From assembly GCA_963754925.1 (NCBI GenBank), contig CAVWHX010000004.1:1088001-1152000 (forward strand): 64,000 bases of DNA, in the 5' to 3' direction. Position numbers and translations under genes: made by a program. The DNA is from an uncultured delta proteobacterium (GTDB lineage: Bacteria; Myxococcota; B64-G9). The notes under the pieces are model-generated. The model saw only the letters and a list, made by a program, of their open reading frames with translations, did not search any database and had not been told where the DNA came from. Of the stretch, positions 31,018 through 39,964 are shown piece by piece; positions within the stretch are counted from its first letter, which is position 1, and every line of letters starts with the position of its first letter.

Positions 31018-32322
31018 CTATTGATTCTCCAAAAGTATTTCCAATTGGGCTTTGAACTCTTCCCGAGCAAGCCCGTCTGAATCTGTCGGGTCGGGTGGGT
31101 TGATCCAGTTTCTGACGGTTGTCGCGACTCGCGCGATGCGTTCGGAGTCAGCTTGCCTAAGCTCCCGAATCAGGAGTTCATACTCATTGAGGTACGTTTG
31201 ATACCGTGAGCTCGGCAGGTCCCACACCACCATGAGCCAACCACCAAACGATACGTCCTCTCGATGGTCAATACGGCCAGAGTCACTACGATTGAGGTAC
31301 GTGTGGCGATGCATTCCGCCGGCCGAGAGCTCGATGCGGGGCAGAAGGAGTGTCCAGGCCGACGCCGCTTCTCGATACGAGGGGTGCGGCCGATACCAGG
31401 CGGCCCAGTCTATGCCGGCATCGCGTACCGTTGGCCACGCACCCGGCGCAACGAGCGAAGGCCGGTATAAGCCGCCGGGCCCGATCAGCCAGGGCAGTCC
31501 GTCGCGGCCACGGACCGGAATCCAATCGCTGCCGTTGCCGGGGAGCAGCAGGGAGACCGATGTTTCGCTGCCGACCAGAAGTATTCGGGCGGTGGTACAT
31601 ACCAACGCCTGCGCGCCCCATCCGAGCACCGCCTCGATGTTTTCATGCGCCACGAGATCAAGGTGCCGAACGCTTCCCTCCTGGCGTGCTATCCCAGCGA
31701 GCCATACCCTGCCGCTCTCGTCCAGGCTCAACACTCGTTCGTCTGCCAACAGTGCGTGCAAGGAGTCATCCTCAAGCACCTGTTCTCGTTGACCGTCGGG
31801 AAGTCCGATCACCTCAGCCGATTGCCCGGCTCGTAATACATGATCGCCGGCGAGTTCGATGCGCTGGGGTTGTTCCGGCGCCTCGGGACCAAACCGCAGC
31901 CAGCTTGGGTGCTCGAGCGACCACGACCAAAGCCATCCGTCGGCCGCCACAACCAGTCGACCATGTGCATCCGTATCGAGCGCGGACGGAGGCTCGGCGG
32001 GTAACGGGATGCGCGCAACATCGCCTGAAAGGTTGATATGGTACAGCCCGCACGGTGTTGCGGCGATGAATCCATGATTATCCAACGTGCGCACGCGGTT
32101 TGGTTGCTCTTCCGAGCTCAGACAGGCGAGCGTTAGTTGAAGATCATCCGGCGGGCCAAGCCAAATGCCCGCTTTGCAAGCCAGTGCGAGGCGGCCGCCA
32201 ATCTGGGCGGCGGAATCGCAGCCGCCGGGATAGAAGAAGGGTTCGGCCAACACGTAGGCATACCTTCCTTCCGAAAGCTGCGCGATAAGGGCGAGTACCA
32301 TGAGATATCCACTGGCGGCCAT
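31018..32322 (-). CDS. Exported protein: beta-propeller-like N-terminus plus TolC-repeat-like C-terminus (start uncertain)
   Basis: Repeated short GxW/GLY strands; C-terminal LLLPRIELS..VVWDLP..AQLEIL parallels the neighbouring gene. Confidence 0.55.
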   Translation of the reverse strand: MAASGYLMVLALIAQLSEGRYAYVLAEPFFYPGGCDSAAQIGGRLALACKAGIWLGPPDDLQLTLACLSSEEQPNRVRTLDNHGFIAATPCGLYHINLSGDVARIPLPAEPPSALDTDAHGRLVVAADGWLWSWSLEHPSWLRFGPEAPEQPQRIELAGDHVLRAGQSAEVIGLPDGQREQVLEDDSLHALLADERVLSLDESGRVWLAGIARQEGSVRHLDLVAHENIEAVLGWGAQALVCTTARILLVGSETSVSLLLPGNGSDWIPVRGRDGLPWLIGPGGLYRPSLVAPGAWPTVRDAGIDWAAWYRPHPSYREAASAWTLLLPRIELSAGGMHRHTYLNRSDSGRIDHREDVSFGGWLMVVWDLPSSRYQTYLNEYELLIRELRQADSERIARVATTVRNWINPPDPTDSDGLAREEFKAQLEILLENQ

Positions 32323-32466
32323 GCAACGCTCCCGTATTGGTTCCCGCCTCCCTTGCAGCAGGTATGCCAGCACCGTACGAAAGCGCTAAGGGCTCGATTG
32401 TTCTATCGGGCGTCGACTGCACCGATACGGACATGACGTGTCGGGTGACCGAAAATCGGACAGGGG

Positions 32467-33351
32467 TTATGTGCGGTGGCTGCGGTTGCGCGCCACCGAT
32501 AGGACCATGGTTTGGCCATGGTGCTCAAACAACTGGGAGTGGACTTCCACCGGTATGGCGACGCCGGATTTGGAAACGAACTCGGATTCGAAAAGGGCTT
32601 TACGCTCGGCCAGCAATAACTCTTTTATACCAGTCAGCATCTGTTGTTGGTGGGAAGGCAATAAATCGCGCAGCGACTTACCCAGCAATTCGGTACGGGT
32701 GTAACCCAGCGTCAAACACGCTTGTTCATTGAGGTCAAGGAAGCGGTCCAGTCCGCGCTCGCTTGATATGTCATTGACGAACAGCACGTCCGAAATGGCG
32801 TTGAACAAAGCGCGCGCGTGCCCCTCGCTCTGACGCAAATCCTCCATAGTTCGGCGCAGCTCTTCGTTGATTGCCAGCAAACGGTTGACCAGCTGCAGGC
32901 GTTCGACCATCAGCCGCTTACGATTGCGCGCCCAGCGCACCTTCTCGATAACCACGCGCAGATGAGGAAAAGGCTTAATGAGATAATCACAGGCGCCCAA
33001 CCTGAGCGCCTCGACCGCGCTTTCGATCGAGGCGTAGGCGGTGATTAAGATCACCTCCGCTTGGGGCAGGTCGCGCTTGATGGTCTTGAGCAGCTCAAGA
33101 CCGGACATCCCCGGTAGATTTTTGTCCAAGAGCACCACATCGGGGGGATGCGCCGTTATGACATTGAGAGCTTCCTCGGCATTGATCGCGATGGCGACCG
33201 AAAACTCCTCGGCGAGCGCGTTCGAAAGAACCATCCCGATAACATCCTCATCGTCGACCACCAGCACTCTACTCGCATCGGGCAGTCCTTTATAAGGACT
33301 CGCGCTTTCCATGGAAACATTCACGGGGGCTCCTTCGGCCATGCTCATCAC
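32467..33351 (-). CDS. Response regulator receiver + PAS domain protein
   Basis: VLVVDDE, LDKNLP, DYLIKPF; NEQACLTLGYTRTELLG..SKSG.AIPVEV. Confidence 0.85.
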   Translation of the reverse strand: MMSMAEGAPVNVSMESASPYKGLPDASRVLVVDDEDVIGMVLSNALAEEFSVAIAINAEEALNVITAHPPDVVLLDKNLPGMSGLELLKTIKRDLPQAEVILITAYASIESAVEALRLGACDYLIKPFPHLRVVIEKVRWARNRKRLMVERLQLVNRLLAINEELRRTMEDLRQSEGHARALFNAISDVLFVNDISSERGLDRFLDLNEQACLTLGYTRTELLGKSLRDLLPSHQQQMLTGIKELLLAERKALFESEFVSKSGVAIPVEVHSQLFEHHGQTMVLSVARNRSHRT

Positions 33352-33486
33352 CTGATCGTATCGAAATGTCTATCACTTAAGGGTAAACATCGGCAAGAAA
33401 CCGACTCTGTCTCATACTGCATTAATAGTATCATATTTTTTATTAATGCGCTAACGGTGAGGAGCGCGATGTGCCGAGGGCGCTCC

Positions 33487-34281
33487 TTAACTTTCGACTA
33501 TTCGCCGATACTCTTCCTCGTCATAGAACACTTTCATCAGGCATAACCCGTTAGCCGGCGCCGTCTTGCCGGCGTTCCCGCGATCTCGACTGTTTAAAAC
33601 CTGAGCCAGATGCTCTACCGGTTTTCGTCCCTGACCTATCTCAATGCAGGTACCGACCATGATGCGCACCATGTGCTTGAGAAATGCCCGCCCCCATAGG
33701 TCGAAGGTGATTTCGGGCAATTCGACCGTCCAGCGAAGCCGATCGATCGAGCGCACGGAGCTTCCCGTATCGCCGCCTGACGCCTGAAAGGCGGCAAAGT
33801 CGTGTGTGCCGAGCAGGCATTCACTGGCCCGTTGCATTGCGGGTACATCCAAACGTTTGCGCAAATGCCAGCGGAAGTCGCGCTGAAAGACCGGACGAAC
33901 CGGGTCGTTATGGATGGCATAGCGGTAATGCTTGCCGCGAACGTCCCAGCGGGGCCTGAAGCTTGGCGCGGCTGGCTCGATGGATACCACGGCGATATCC
34001 TCGGGCAACCACGCGTTAAGACCTTTTCGTAATGTCTCCAGATCGTGGTGGCCGCTATCTTTCAGGGTCACCACCTGACCGATGGCGTGTACGCCGGAAT
34101 CGGTCCGGCCGGCGGCGTTGGCGCGAACGCTGAGTCCGGTCATGCGTTTATACGCTTCTTCGAGAACCGCCTGAACCGAAAGTCCGTTGGCCTGGATCTG
34201 CCAGCCGCAATAGCGGGTGCCCTGATACGCGATCACCAGGCGGCAGACCCCGGTGCGAACCTGTACCGTACGCTGAGACAC
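33487..34281 (-). CDS. truA: tRNA pseudouridine(38-40) synthase
   Basis: AYQGTRYCGWQ, AGRTDSGVHA, GTHDFAAF, FLKHMVR, TAPANGL. Confidence 0.96.
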   Translation of the reverse strand: MSQRTVQVRTGVCRLVIAYQGTRYCGWQIQANGLSVQAVLEEAYKRMTGLSVRANAAGRTDSGVHAIGQVVTLKDSGHHDLETLRKGLNAWLPEDIAVVSIEPAAPSFRPRWDVRGKHYRYAIHNDPVRPVFQRDFRWHLRKRLDVPAMQRASECLLGTHDFAAFQASGGDTGSSVRSIDRLRWTVELPEITFDLWGRAFLKHMVRIMVGTCIEIGQGRKPVEHLAQVLNSRDRGNAGKTAPANGLCLMKVFYDEEEYRRIVES

Positions 34282-34299
34282 GATACGCTTCCGCGTGAG

Positions 34300-36381
34300 C
34301 TAAAATTCCACCATCATGCCGAACATGATGTTGTTACCGGAGAGGTTCATACTGGAACTACTGCCGAAATTATTGATAAAAGAGGCCTGGTATTCAACAA
34401 ACAGGTAGGTATTTATAATGCCGACAGAGTTTTCGAGGTTTGCGGCGGCCTCACGATCTATGACATTCAACAGAAACTTTATTCCGCCAAGGACATGAAA
34501 GCCAAAGATGCCGCCTTTGCCATGGACGGTGTTAACGTTGGCAGGGACGGGGGGAGGGGGATAGCTCGAAATGGCGCCGACGCCGTTGGTTGACCACCAG
34601 AAATAGTAGGAGATTCCCCCGCCGACATACGGAACCAATGGTACGTTCCACCACCGCACCATCATGTCAAAGGCGTAGGCGGCCGTCAATCGAAGTGGAA
34701 ACAAATTCAGGGCGCTGGTATCGGAAGAAACCGTGCCGCTTTCGGTTAACCCTTTGCCAAGGTATTGAACGAATCCGAACGATCCGCCGATGGTGATTAC
34801 CCCAAAACGCCGCCAGATCTCATAGTCGCCGCCAATTTCAAAAAGCCAGCGTTTTTTGCCGCCAAAAATGGTCTTAAAAGGGACGTTCTGAAGACCCGAT
34901 TCGCTGTCCACCGACGGATAGTACGGACCAGTCCGAAGCTGTATCTGAAATAGAGGTTCTCCGGCCTGGGCTTTGATCGGGAGCGCGGCCATGGCAAAAA
35001 AAAGGAGCGTCGCGCCGACCGCCGTGCCAGATTTAGAGATGCGCAAGCGGCGCGACCATCGAACGCCCCCCCAGGCGATCAGGAGAGCGCTTGCAAGCAA
35101 CAGAAGCGCGCCGATCCCCAGGTAGTTGATGGCTTTGGCCACGGCGACCACGGGCAGCAGCACGCCACGAGCAACGGTGCGGTAAAAAGCCGAGTCGCGG
35201 ATGGCGCGCGCCCAACGGGGCCCGTACTGATAGTAGGCGGCGATGAAATCGCGTCCAATTTGACTCTGGGACAACGTCGTATCCCTAAATTGGCGCAGTG
35301 ACGCAACCATGGAATCGTTGTACGAACCATAGGCGGCCGTGGCCACGAAACAAAAACCACCCTTATCCTTTCCGCCGTCTTTCTGATAGGTTCTAAAGAA
35401 GTCGTAAATTACTATCGGTGTGCCGGGAAGAGTATTCGAATTGGCGCCCACATTCTGAGCACAGTCCACGGCCGCAACCATTACATCATAATTAACGCCG
35501 TCGGTGAGGCCGCTGATCTGATAGCTCCCCGAGGTGGGAGGGGTGGTGGTGGTAGTGGGGCTACAGGCGGTGTTCAGAGTAAGAGTATCGGTGGACCAAG
35601 CAGCGTTTGGATCCGTGGAGTGGACACGGTAGTAGATATTGTAGCTGGCCAAATCAGTGTCGGCAGGCGCCGTCCAGGAGACTTTGAGGTTGGTATCGCC
35701 CGGGGTGACATCGTTTAAAGTCGGGGCGCCCGGCGGATTGAAGTCGAAGAGTATCGGCGCTCCGCCCTTATATGCATAGTCAACGGTACTCCCTATAGTA
35801 TTAGGATCCGTATATGGGCCTTCCTGCCATTGGATACAAAAATAGAGGTATTCTTGAAATTTAGATTGGCATGGGTCAGAACCTGCTGAGACATTGGCGA
35901 GAACATAAAAATCATTGGTGTTCGTTGTTGAAGTCAATGCCTCTTCAAGTGTCATCGTGTTTGGGTTCGATGTGTCGTCAGGAAAGGTGCCGGAGGGCTC
36001 GAGTTGATATGCTTTAATATCGACATCCTGCCCGGCAACAAACGTACTAGAGCCGAGGGTACCTGTGCTCTTATTCCTAATTTCTAAATCGTCGGTTCCA
36101 CAGCCACTACTCATCGAGAAAAAGGCATCGGCCCATTCTGTATTTTCCCAGGCAAAAAATGGATAGGTGGTCGTCGTGCCTGTCGTTTTTGTCTGAGAGG
36201 CACTCCAACCAATGCTTAAAAAGACATTACTGGCGTTATTACAATCGGCTAAATTTACATACGGGTGAGATGGTGCAGTTAGAAGAACAGTTATATATGG
36301 ACTTTGATCGGCGAGTGTTTGCGCATTTGATTGAGAGGCGATCGATAAAACTAACAGAAAAACCCCAAACCGCGTTTTCAC
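34300..36381 (-). CDS. Exported FN3 protein with internal CFI-box-CTERM motif fused to an MXAN_2562-like beta-barrel
   Basis: Signal peptide; FN3 (PPGAP..LKVSW..ISGLTDGVNYDVMVAAVD); GGFCFVATAAYGS..LRQFRD..FIAAYYQYGP; hydrophobic segments; barrel ending GMMVEF. Confidence 0.75.
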   Translation of the reverse strand: MKTRFGVFLLVLSIASQSNAQTLADQSPYITVLLTAPSHPYVNLADCNNASNVFLSIGWSASQTKTTGTTTTYPFFAWENTEWADAFFSMSSGCGTDDLEIRNKSTGTLGSSTFVAGQDVDIKAYQLEPSGTFPDDTSNPNTMTLEEALTSTTNTNDFYVLANVSAGSDPCQSKFQEYLYFCIQWQEGPYTDPNTIGSTVDYAYKGGAPILFDFNPPGAPTLNDVTPGDTNLKVSWTAPADTDLASYNIYYRVHSTDPNAAWSTDTLTLNTACSPTTTTTPPTSGSYQISGLTDGVNYDVMVAAVDCAQNVGANSNTLPGTPIVIYDFFRTYQKDGGKDKGGFCFVATAAYGSYNDSMVASLRQFRDTTLSQSQIGRDFIAAYYQYGPRWARAIRDSAFYRTVARGVLLPVVAVAKAINYLGIGALLLLASALLIAWGGVRWSRRLRISKSGTAVGATLLFFAMAALPIKAQAGEPLFQIQLRTGPYYPSVDSESGLQNVPFKTIFGGKKRWLFEIGGDYEIWRRFGVITIGGSFGFVQYLGKGLTESGTVSSDTSALNLFPLRLTAAYAFDMMVRWWNVPLVPYVGGGISYYFWWSTNGVGAISSYPPPPVPANVNTVHGKGGIFGFHVLGGIKFLLNVIDREAAANLENSVGIINTYLFVEYQASFINNFGSSSSMNLSGNNIMFGMMVEF

Positions 36382-36587
36382 ATCGGCCTCGCTTTCATGA
36401 GGGTACTACCATGGGCAGCGATTAATTCGCAAATTACATGCCATGCGCATGATTTTTGTAGCCAAAATATTCTTTTTTATTCACCATGTTATTTGGAGCA
36501 ATTGCTGCACTTTTTCTTTTATCGTGCACAATTGTCAATGAAACTAACCTTTAAGCAGTATTTTGGACAAATTGTCAATTATTAGAG

Positions 36588-37229
36588 TTAGACCCCTATC
36601 TTATGGCAGTCGGTATACACCGGGCACGCGGGGCAATCCGGCCGAATCGGCTTGCAGATGGTTTTTCCATGGCGGACAAACAGATCGTTGACCCGTGACC
36701 ACCATTTCTTGGGCACGACCTTTTTCAAGACCGTCTCCGTCGCCTCGGGGTTTTTGGTTGCGACCCAGCCGAGACGGTTTGAGATGCGGTGCACGTGGGT
36801 ATCCACCGGCAACGCCGTTCCGCTGAACGCATAGACCACCACGCAACCGGCGGTCTTACGCCCGACGCCCGGGAGTTTGGTCAGCTCCTCGAAGCTTTCG
36901 GGCACGTCGCCGTGATGCTGACTAACCAACGCCCGCGCCACGGCCACCAATCGGCGGCTCTTGATTCGATAGAGTCCGAGGTGTCGTAAGTGTTTCTCAA
37001 CGTCGGTCGGCCGGGCGGCGGCAAGGGCATAGGCGTCGGGAAAGACGTTCAAGAGGTCCGCGGCAACGTGCTCGGTTACTTCGTCTCGGGCGCGCGCCGA
37101 TAGTATGGTCGTTACCAATGAGCGAAACGGTTGGCCGGGGCCAAGCCGTGCGAGCATGGTTTTACCCTGCTGCGCGGTGAGGCACTCGAGCACGCGGACG
37201 ACCAGGGCGCGGGTGATTTTTTTCCGCAT
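36588..37229 (-). CDS. nth: Endonuclease III
   Basis: HhH LPGVGRKTA, VDTHVHRIS, CKPIRPDCPACPVYTDC 4Fe-4S motif. Confidence 0.93.
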   Translation of the reverse strand: MRKKITRALVVRVLECLTAQQGKTMLARLGPGQPFRSLVTTILSARARDEVTEHVAADLLNVFPDAYALAAARPTDVEKHLRHLGLYRIKSRRLVAVARALVSQHHGDVPESFEELTKLPGVGRKTAGCVVVYAFSGTALPVDTHVHRISNRLGWVATKNPEATETVLKKVVPKKWWSRVNDLFVRHGKTICKPIRPDCPACPVYTDCHKIGV

Positions 37230-37280
37230 GGCCTATAGTGCCTGGTGACGAGATTATATGTCAATGGAACTGAATATTGG

Positions 37281-37564
37281 CTACTAGGTCACTTTCAAAC
37301 GAACTCTGGGTATTCGTCAGTTGGCAGCAACTTAGCAGGATGTCATTTCGAGCGTTAGAGCCCGTTAGCGAACGCAGTGAGCTTTACGGGCTCTTATCCC
37401 TTTAGGGATAGCGAGAAATCTAAACAGCAATGAGAGCGTATTTAGATATCTCCCTCCGGTCGATATGACATCCCTTCGGTCGATATGACAATGTATTCGG
37501 TTATGGATCAGTTTGCCGTGTCGTTCGACGAACACCCAGAGTTCGTTTGAAAGTGACCCACTGC
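37281..37564. mobile_element. MITE/REPIN-like element with long terminal inverted repeats, containing nested REPs
   Basis: 25 bp perfect IR GGTCACTTTCAAACGAACTCTGGGT (37287) / ACCCAGAGTTCGTTTGAAAGTGACC (ends 37558), plus a further TTCGTC/GACGAA pair. Confidence 0.75.
37355..37407 (+). repeat. Double-hairpin mini-element copy A (inside a REP)
   Basis: TTAGAGCCCGT..GCGAACGCAGTGAGC..ACGGGCTCTTATCCCTTTAGGG. Confidence 0.8.
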
Positions 37565-37645
37565 CCTAATTATGAGGTACGCACTCTCCAAACTTGACAG
37601 ACCATCATTCACTGCCTAGGCTCATGCCAGTTTCAGGAGGTGCCG

Positions 37646-39043
37646 ATGCGCGCTCATTACGTGGTTGGATTGGTTTGTGTATTGGTATCTTTTTCCGGTT
37701 TCGCCGAAGAAGCAGCGCCGTTGACGCTCAACGATCTCCTTAAAGCTGCGCTCGAGCACGACGGACGCGTCCTGGCGGCCCATGCCCAGCTCGATTCATA
37801 TCGCGCCCGCTATCAGGAGGCGTGGCTCAGCTGGGTCCCGGTGATCAACTTTGAGGCAGCGTTCGGCTATCCGGTCGGCCAGCGTCGCCTCACCTGTACC
37901 CCGGGCAATCCTGAAAATCCTGATGAATGTTTGTCAGTGAACGGTAGAAGGGTCAATATCAACTTCGGGGCAGGTTCGAGTTTTGCGATTGGCGGCAAGC
38001 TTGAAACCGCATATCCGCTCTACACCTTTGGCAAGATCACCGCCACCAAGGATGCTGCCGCGGCCGGGGTGGAGGGGGGCACGGCCGGCATCGCCCAGGC
38101 GCGTCAAGAGATAGCGCTGGAAGTGCGCCGGGCGTACTACGACTGGTCGCTCGCCAGGGCGGCGATCGCCATTCTCGAGGACGGTCAGGATAAATTCAAC
38201 GAGGCCGATAAAAAATTACAAAAAATGCTTGATGACATGAATGAGGACGTTACCGATACGGACCAATTCAAGTTGCGCTATTATTCCACCCAGGTGACGG
38301 TTATGTTGTTGCAGGCCCGCCAGGGCCAAAACCTGACATTGGCGGCCCTGCGTTCTTTAACCGGCATCGAAGACCTTGGTGAAGGGCGTACGCTAACCGA
38401 GCAAGACCTCTCGGCCCCAACCACCTTCACGCCTGAAAAACGCGATGTGTATATCGACCACGCGATACGCGCCCGCCCCGACCTCAAGATGCTCTCGTCT
38501 GCGCTGAAGGCAGGATACGCGCAGGTTGACTTACAGAAGGCCTACTTTTTCCCGGATTTATTTCTAAACGCGTATCTCAAGGGTTCATACTCGCCCGTGC
38601 AGGACTATATTAGCAACCCCTTGTTGCAACAGGGCCTGACATCCTACGATGTCGGCGCTTCACTGGGATTGCGCTTGAGCCTCGACTTTCCACAAAAGGT
38701 AGCCCGGCTGCACCAGGCCCAAGCCGAACGGACAAAACTTCAGGCACAGATTGAGCACGCGCGCGCCGCTCTCGGCTTGGAGATTGACAAATATCTTGAG
38801 GAAGTTACCCTGCAGGTGGCCTCGGTCGAAGCCAATCAAAAGGGCAGCCGAGCAGCCAAGTCCTGGATGCGGGCCAATTGGGTGAGCTACGGGGTAGGAT
38901 TCTCAAATACCAAGGATCTCCTCGATTCGCTCGTCGCCAACGCCAAGAGCCAGATGGATGTTGACAGGGCCGCTCATGATTTACTGATGTCTATCGATCA
39001 GTTGCAGATGGCCGTCGGCGAAGATCTTGGTCAGGCTCAATAA
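37646..39043 (+). CDS. TolC family outer membrane protein
   Basis: Signal peptide; two OEP repeats (PLYTFGKI..EVRRAYY; RPDL..FFPDL). Confidence 0.9.
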   Translation: MRAHYVVGLVCVLVSFSGFAEEAAPLTLNDLLKAALEHDGRVLAAHAQLDSYRARYQEAWLSWVPVINFEAAFGYPVGQRRLTCTPGNPENPDECLSVNGRRVNINFGAGSSFAIGGKLETAYPLYTFGKITATKDAAAAGVEGGTAGIAQARQEIALEVRRAYYDWSLARAAIAILEDGQDKFNEADKKLQKMLDDMNEDVTDTDQFKLRYYSTQVTVMLLQARQGQNLTLAALRSLTGIEDLGEGRTLTEQDLSAPTTFTPEKRDVYIDHAIRARPDLKMLSSALKAGYAQVDLQKAYFFPDLFLNAYLKGSYSPVQDYISNPLLQQGLTSYDVGASLGLRLSLDFPQKVARLHQAQAERTKLQAQIEHARAALGLEIDKYLEEVTLQVASVEANQKGSRAAKSWMRANWVSYGVGFSNTKDLLDSLVANAKSQMDVDRAAHDLLMSIDQLQMAVGEDLGQAQ

Positions 39044-39137
39044 CACGCCGGCGGTGTTAATAATTTTCGTCATATGAATGCCGAGGGACAGCTGGCCGTC
39101 GGATTTGATGATAGTGAAAATAAAAAACGGAGGTAGA

Positions 39138-39800
39138 ATGGTAGCGGCACCAATAGCCAAATGCATCATCAGGGCTGCGTTGTGTCTGGCGTTGATCCCT
39201 CGCCTGGCGTGGTCCATAGAACCCCCCAAACAGGTCATTCAAAACGGCGCCGAACAGGTGCGCGAGATTCTTAAGAAAAAGGTGGTCAAGGGTTCAGCCG
39301 AAGAGCAAGCCCAAAAGAACAAGCTTAAAAAGGTGGTCGACGGTTTTCTCGACTATCGTGAGCTCGCCATGCGCTCGCTGGGCCCCCACTGGAAAGGACG
39401 CACCCCGGTCGAGCAGCGCGACTTTGTGCAACTGCTGCGCGATTTGATCGATTCTTCGTACACCGGGGCGATCCGCGATAACATCGATTTTATGATGAAA
39501 TATCTACCCGAGGAAATCGATCCGGACGGCGCGACCGCGTCGGTGCCGACGGTGGCAAGCGCAAAAGACAGCAAAGGGAAACTCGTCAGTGAGGATATTC
39601 TCTTTCATATGTTTCTCAAAAATAACAGATGGATGATCTATGACATTGAGTTTGACGATCTGTCCCTCGTGCGGCACTACCGCAGCGAGTTCAACCGCAA
39701 GATAAAAAAAGAATCGTATGCGGCTCTGGTTGCGGTGATGAAGAAAAAGCTCGATGAAGTTAAAGAGGGAAAATTCGAAAAGAAAATCGATGTCGATTGA
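39138..39800 (+). CDS. MlaC/Ttg2D family periplasmic lipid-binding protein
   Basis: DYRELAMRSLGPHW..QRDFVQLL..WMIYDIEFDDLSLVRHYRSEF. Confidence 0.85.
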   Translation: MVAAPIAKCIIRAALCLALIPRLAWSIEPPKQVIQNGAEQVREILKKKVVKGSAEEQAQKNKLKKVVDGFLDYRELAMRSLGPHWKGRTPVEQRDFVQLLRDLIDSSYTGAIRDNIDFMMKYLPEEIDPDGATASVPTVASAKDSKGKLVSEDILFHMFLKNNRWMIYDIEFDDLSLVRHYRSEFNRKIKKESYAALVAVMKKKLDEVKEGKFEKKIDVD

Positions 39801-39829
39801 CCGAATCCGTTGAACCCCAAGACCTACTC

Positions 39830-39957
39830 GTCATTCCCACGAACGTGGGAATCCAGCAATAGCTAATTTGGATCCCCACCTTAGAGATTGTAGCGAGCGA
39901 AACGAAGTTGAGCGAGGCGTACAATCTCTTATCCCTTTAGGGGTTCGCGGGGATGAC
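39830..39957. repeat. REP doublet; right REP interrupted by mini-element copy B (39881-39942)
   Basis: GTCATTCCCACGAACGTGGGAATCCAG, then TGGATCCCCAC[C TTAGAGATTGTA..TACAATCTCTTATCCCTTTAGGG]GTTCGCGGGGATGAC. Confidence 0.85.
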
Positions 39958-39964
39958 GTCTTGG

